The translations under genes and the position numbers were made by a program. From NCBI GenBank assembly GCA_034521595.1, contig JAXHMG010000003.1:2336001-2400000 (forward strand): 64,000 nucleotides of DNA, written 5' to 3'. The stretch is from Gemmatimonadota bacterium (GTDB lineage: Bacteria; Gemmatimonadota; Gemmatimonadetes; Longimicrobiales; Gaopeijiaceae). The notes under the pieces were generated by a model. It worked only from the letters and a program-made list of their open reading frames with translations. It made no database searches and was not told where the DNA came from. Below, piece after piece: positions 62,421 to 64,000 of this stretch. Numbering within the stretch: the stretch's first letter is position 1; every line of letters begins with the position of its first letter.

Positions 62421-62482
62421 GCTTACCGACCTCGTCATTCGTCGCACTCGCTGTCGCACTACAATGCTGCACGGCTCGAGGG

Positions 62483-62953
62483 TCAGGCGTCTTCCACTGG
62501 CGAACTCGCCGATTGAGTGTGCACCACCTTCCACGCACCGTCGACCCACCGGAAGAGGTACGTTCCATGGCCCTGGTTGTGGATGTCACGCCCGTCGGAC
62601 GTCGTCAGGCGAATGTCCGTGTCGACCACGGCCCACGCGAAGTCCCCCTCGAAGTGCGTCTGAATATTCGAGAACTCGAGCTGTAGCCCCAGCTCGGCTT
62701 CGGGTTCGACGTGGTTCTCCACGAGATCCTGCAGGCCCACGTTTTCTCCACCGCCCTCGAAGTAGCGAGCGCCATCCCAGTCGAGGAAATGCGTGTAGAA
62801 AGGGTCACCGTCACCTTCCTCCCACCCGACCCTTATATCCTCCAAGACCGCCTCGAGAGCGGCGGGATCCTGGTTGGGCGTGTCCACTTCCGAGGTGGCG
62901 CACGCGGCCAGACCTAGGCCCACCAAGACCGCTCCAACAGCACGTTGCTTCAT
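62483..62953 (-). CDS. NTF2/SnoaL-like lipoprotein
   Basis: Lipobox LAAC; GDFAW, GTYLFRWVDGAWKVVHTQS. Confidence 0.8.
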   Translation of the reverse strand: MKQRAVGAVLVGLGLAACATSEVDTPNQDPAALEAVLEDIRVGWEEGDGDPFYTHFLDWDGARYFEGGGENVGLQDLVENHVEPEAELGLQLEFSNIQTHFEGDFAWAVVDTDIRLTTSDGRDIHNQGHGTYLFRWVDGAWKVVHTQSASSPVEDA

Positions 62954-63104
62954 CGGTCCCTCGCATTCTGAGGTTCTCGACTCATGGTCCACGTCCTCTC
63001 CCGTCCACCGTGCGGGGCCACGGTGCGGGCCGCAAGGCAGGTGTCGTGCCCCGCCCGCATATCAGGCGTCACTCTCCGCGACGAGCTCCACGAAATCGAT
63101 TGAA

Positions 63105-63198
63105 GCACCTCCACGGCTTGCCTCAAGCTCATGGCCGCATCGACCGTAACGGGGCTGGATTCCATGACGTCGGAGACCTTCGTTCCAGCGAAGCTCAT
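63105..63198 (-). pseudogene. Possible CBS-domain N-terminal remnant
   Basis: KVSDVMESSPVTVDAAMSLRQAVEVL, after which similarity is lost. Confidence 0.5.
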
Positions 63199-63242
63199 AT
63201 CAGGTCGGGCTCATTTTTTGGGGAACCCGGATGGGCCAAATC

Positions 63243-64000
63243 TCATTCTGCCATGAGGTCTACCAACGATTCACCGTCGTGGATCCTCCTCACCACCTCG
63301 CCCAGGAGCCCGGACACATCCACCACCTCCACCTTTTCCCTGACCAGCTCCGGAGCGAGCCGAAACGGTGGGATGGTATTGGTCACGACGATCCGTTGAA
63401 GCACGGGGTCGGCCACGACCTCTGCCGCTCCTTCGAGGAAGAGGCCGTGCGTGGCCATGGCCACGACCTCCGCCGCACCGGCTTCGACGCAAGCGTGAGC
63501 AGCCCGCTGAATCGTAGTGCCGGTACCGATGAGGTCATCGACGATGACGACCCGGGTTCCCTCGACCTGGCCAACCAATCGATCCCCCGATACGACTCCG
63601 GCACTCCGCTTCTTCTCCATGAAGGCCCGGCCAACAGGGCGCCCCAGGCGTTCTTCCAGCGCTTCCCGGAAGCCTTCCGCACGCTTGACACCTCCCACGT
63701 CGGGCGAGACCACGGACAGGTCCTCGTCCGACATATGGGTTGCGACGTGCCGGACGAGGGACGGGCTTCCCCCGACGTGGTCGGTCCCACAGCGAAAAGC
63801 GTTCTCGAAGGCCGCCGGATTGTGGACCTCCATGGTCACGACCCGATCAACGCCGACGGCTTCGAAGAGCGCGGCCACATACCGGGTGGTTACGGGGTCG
63901 TAGTTCTTGGTTCGCTTATCCTTCCGCGCATAGCACAGGTAGGGAACGACCGCGGTCATCCGGGCCGCGCCCGCATCACGAAGCCCTCCCAGCATGAAAA
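63243..64000 (-). CDS. prs: Ribose-phosphate pyrophosphokinase, 5' end outside the window
   Basis: PYLCYARKDK, VVSPDVGGVKRA, VIVDDLIGTGTT, ATHGLF, VTNTIP. Confidence 0.95.
   Translation of the reverse strand, partial: FMLGGLRDAGAARMTAVVPYLCYARKDKRTKNYDPVTTRYVAALFEAVGVDRVVTMEVHNPAAFENAFRCGTDHVGGSPSLVRHVATHMSDEDLSVVSPDVGGVKRAEGFREALEERLGRPVGRAFMEKKRSAGVVSGDRLVGQVEGTRVVIVDDLIGTGTTIQRAAHACVEAGAAEVVAMATHGLFLEGAAEVVADPVLQRIVVTNTIPPFRLAPELVREKVEVVDVSGLLGEVVRRIHDGESLVDLMAE

Overview
GC-rich bacterial chromosome segment. The gene repertoire (many carboxypeptidase-regulatory-domain TonB receptors, lipoproteins, three-subunit SDH, D/E-rich exported proteins) suggests Gemmatimonadota/Longimicrobiales, possibly from a saline habitat; this is an inference. 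I call about 45 intact CDS, including a partial P-type ATPase, SDR enzymes, a ZIP transporter, four TonB-dependent receptors, a tandem M14 peptidase pair, a double ATP-grasp plus CocE/NonD operon, a Fur-boxed porin-imelysin-diheme (DHOR) iron-uptake operon, thiC with a TPP riboswitch, a sigma54 two-component system divergent from a DUF4168-like gene, a two-permease RND/MFP/TolC operon, an ECF-FecR-TonB transducer plus fasciclin lipoprotein, ftsH, sdhCAB and partial prs. There is also a 273-bp MITE-like element and five small gene remnants. No rRNA, tRNA, CRISPR array or transposase was seen. Highlights: (1) a His-rich RAPP arrest-peptide leader whose 3' end can pair with the Shine-Dalgarno of the downstream metal TonB receptor; (2) the same GTAGTC-N16-GnGTAG motif upstream of both the ECF sigma and the fasciclin gene; (3) an active plus catalytically dead M14 pair; (4) a fused double ATP-grasp ligase coupled to an amino-acid-ester hydrolase; (5) a zraP/zraSR-like sigma54 module using a DUF4168-like protein. 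All family calls come from motif recognition by eye, not database searches.
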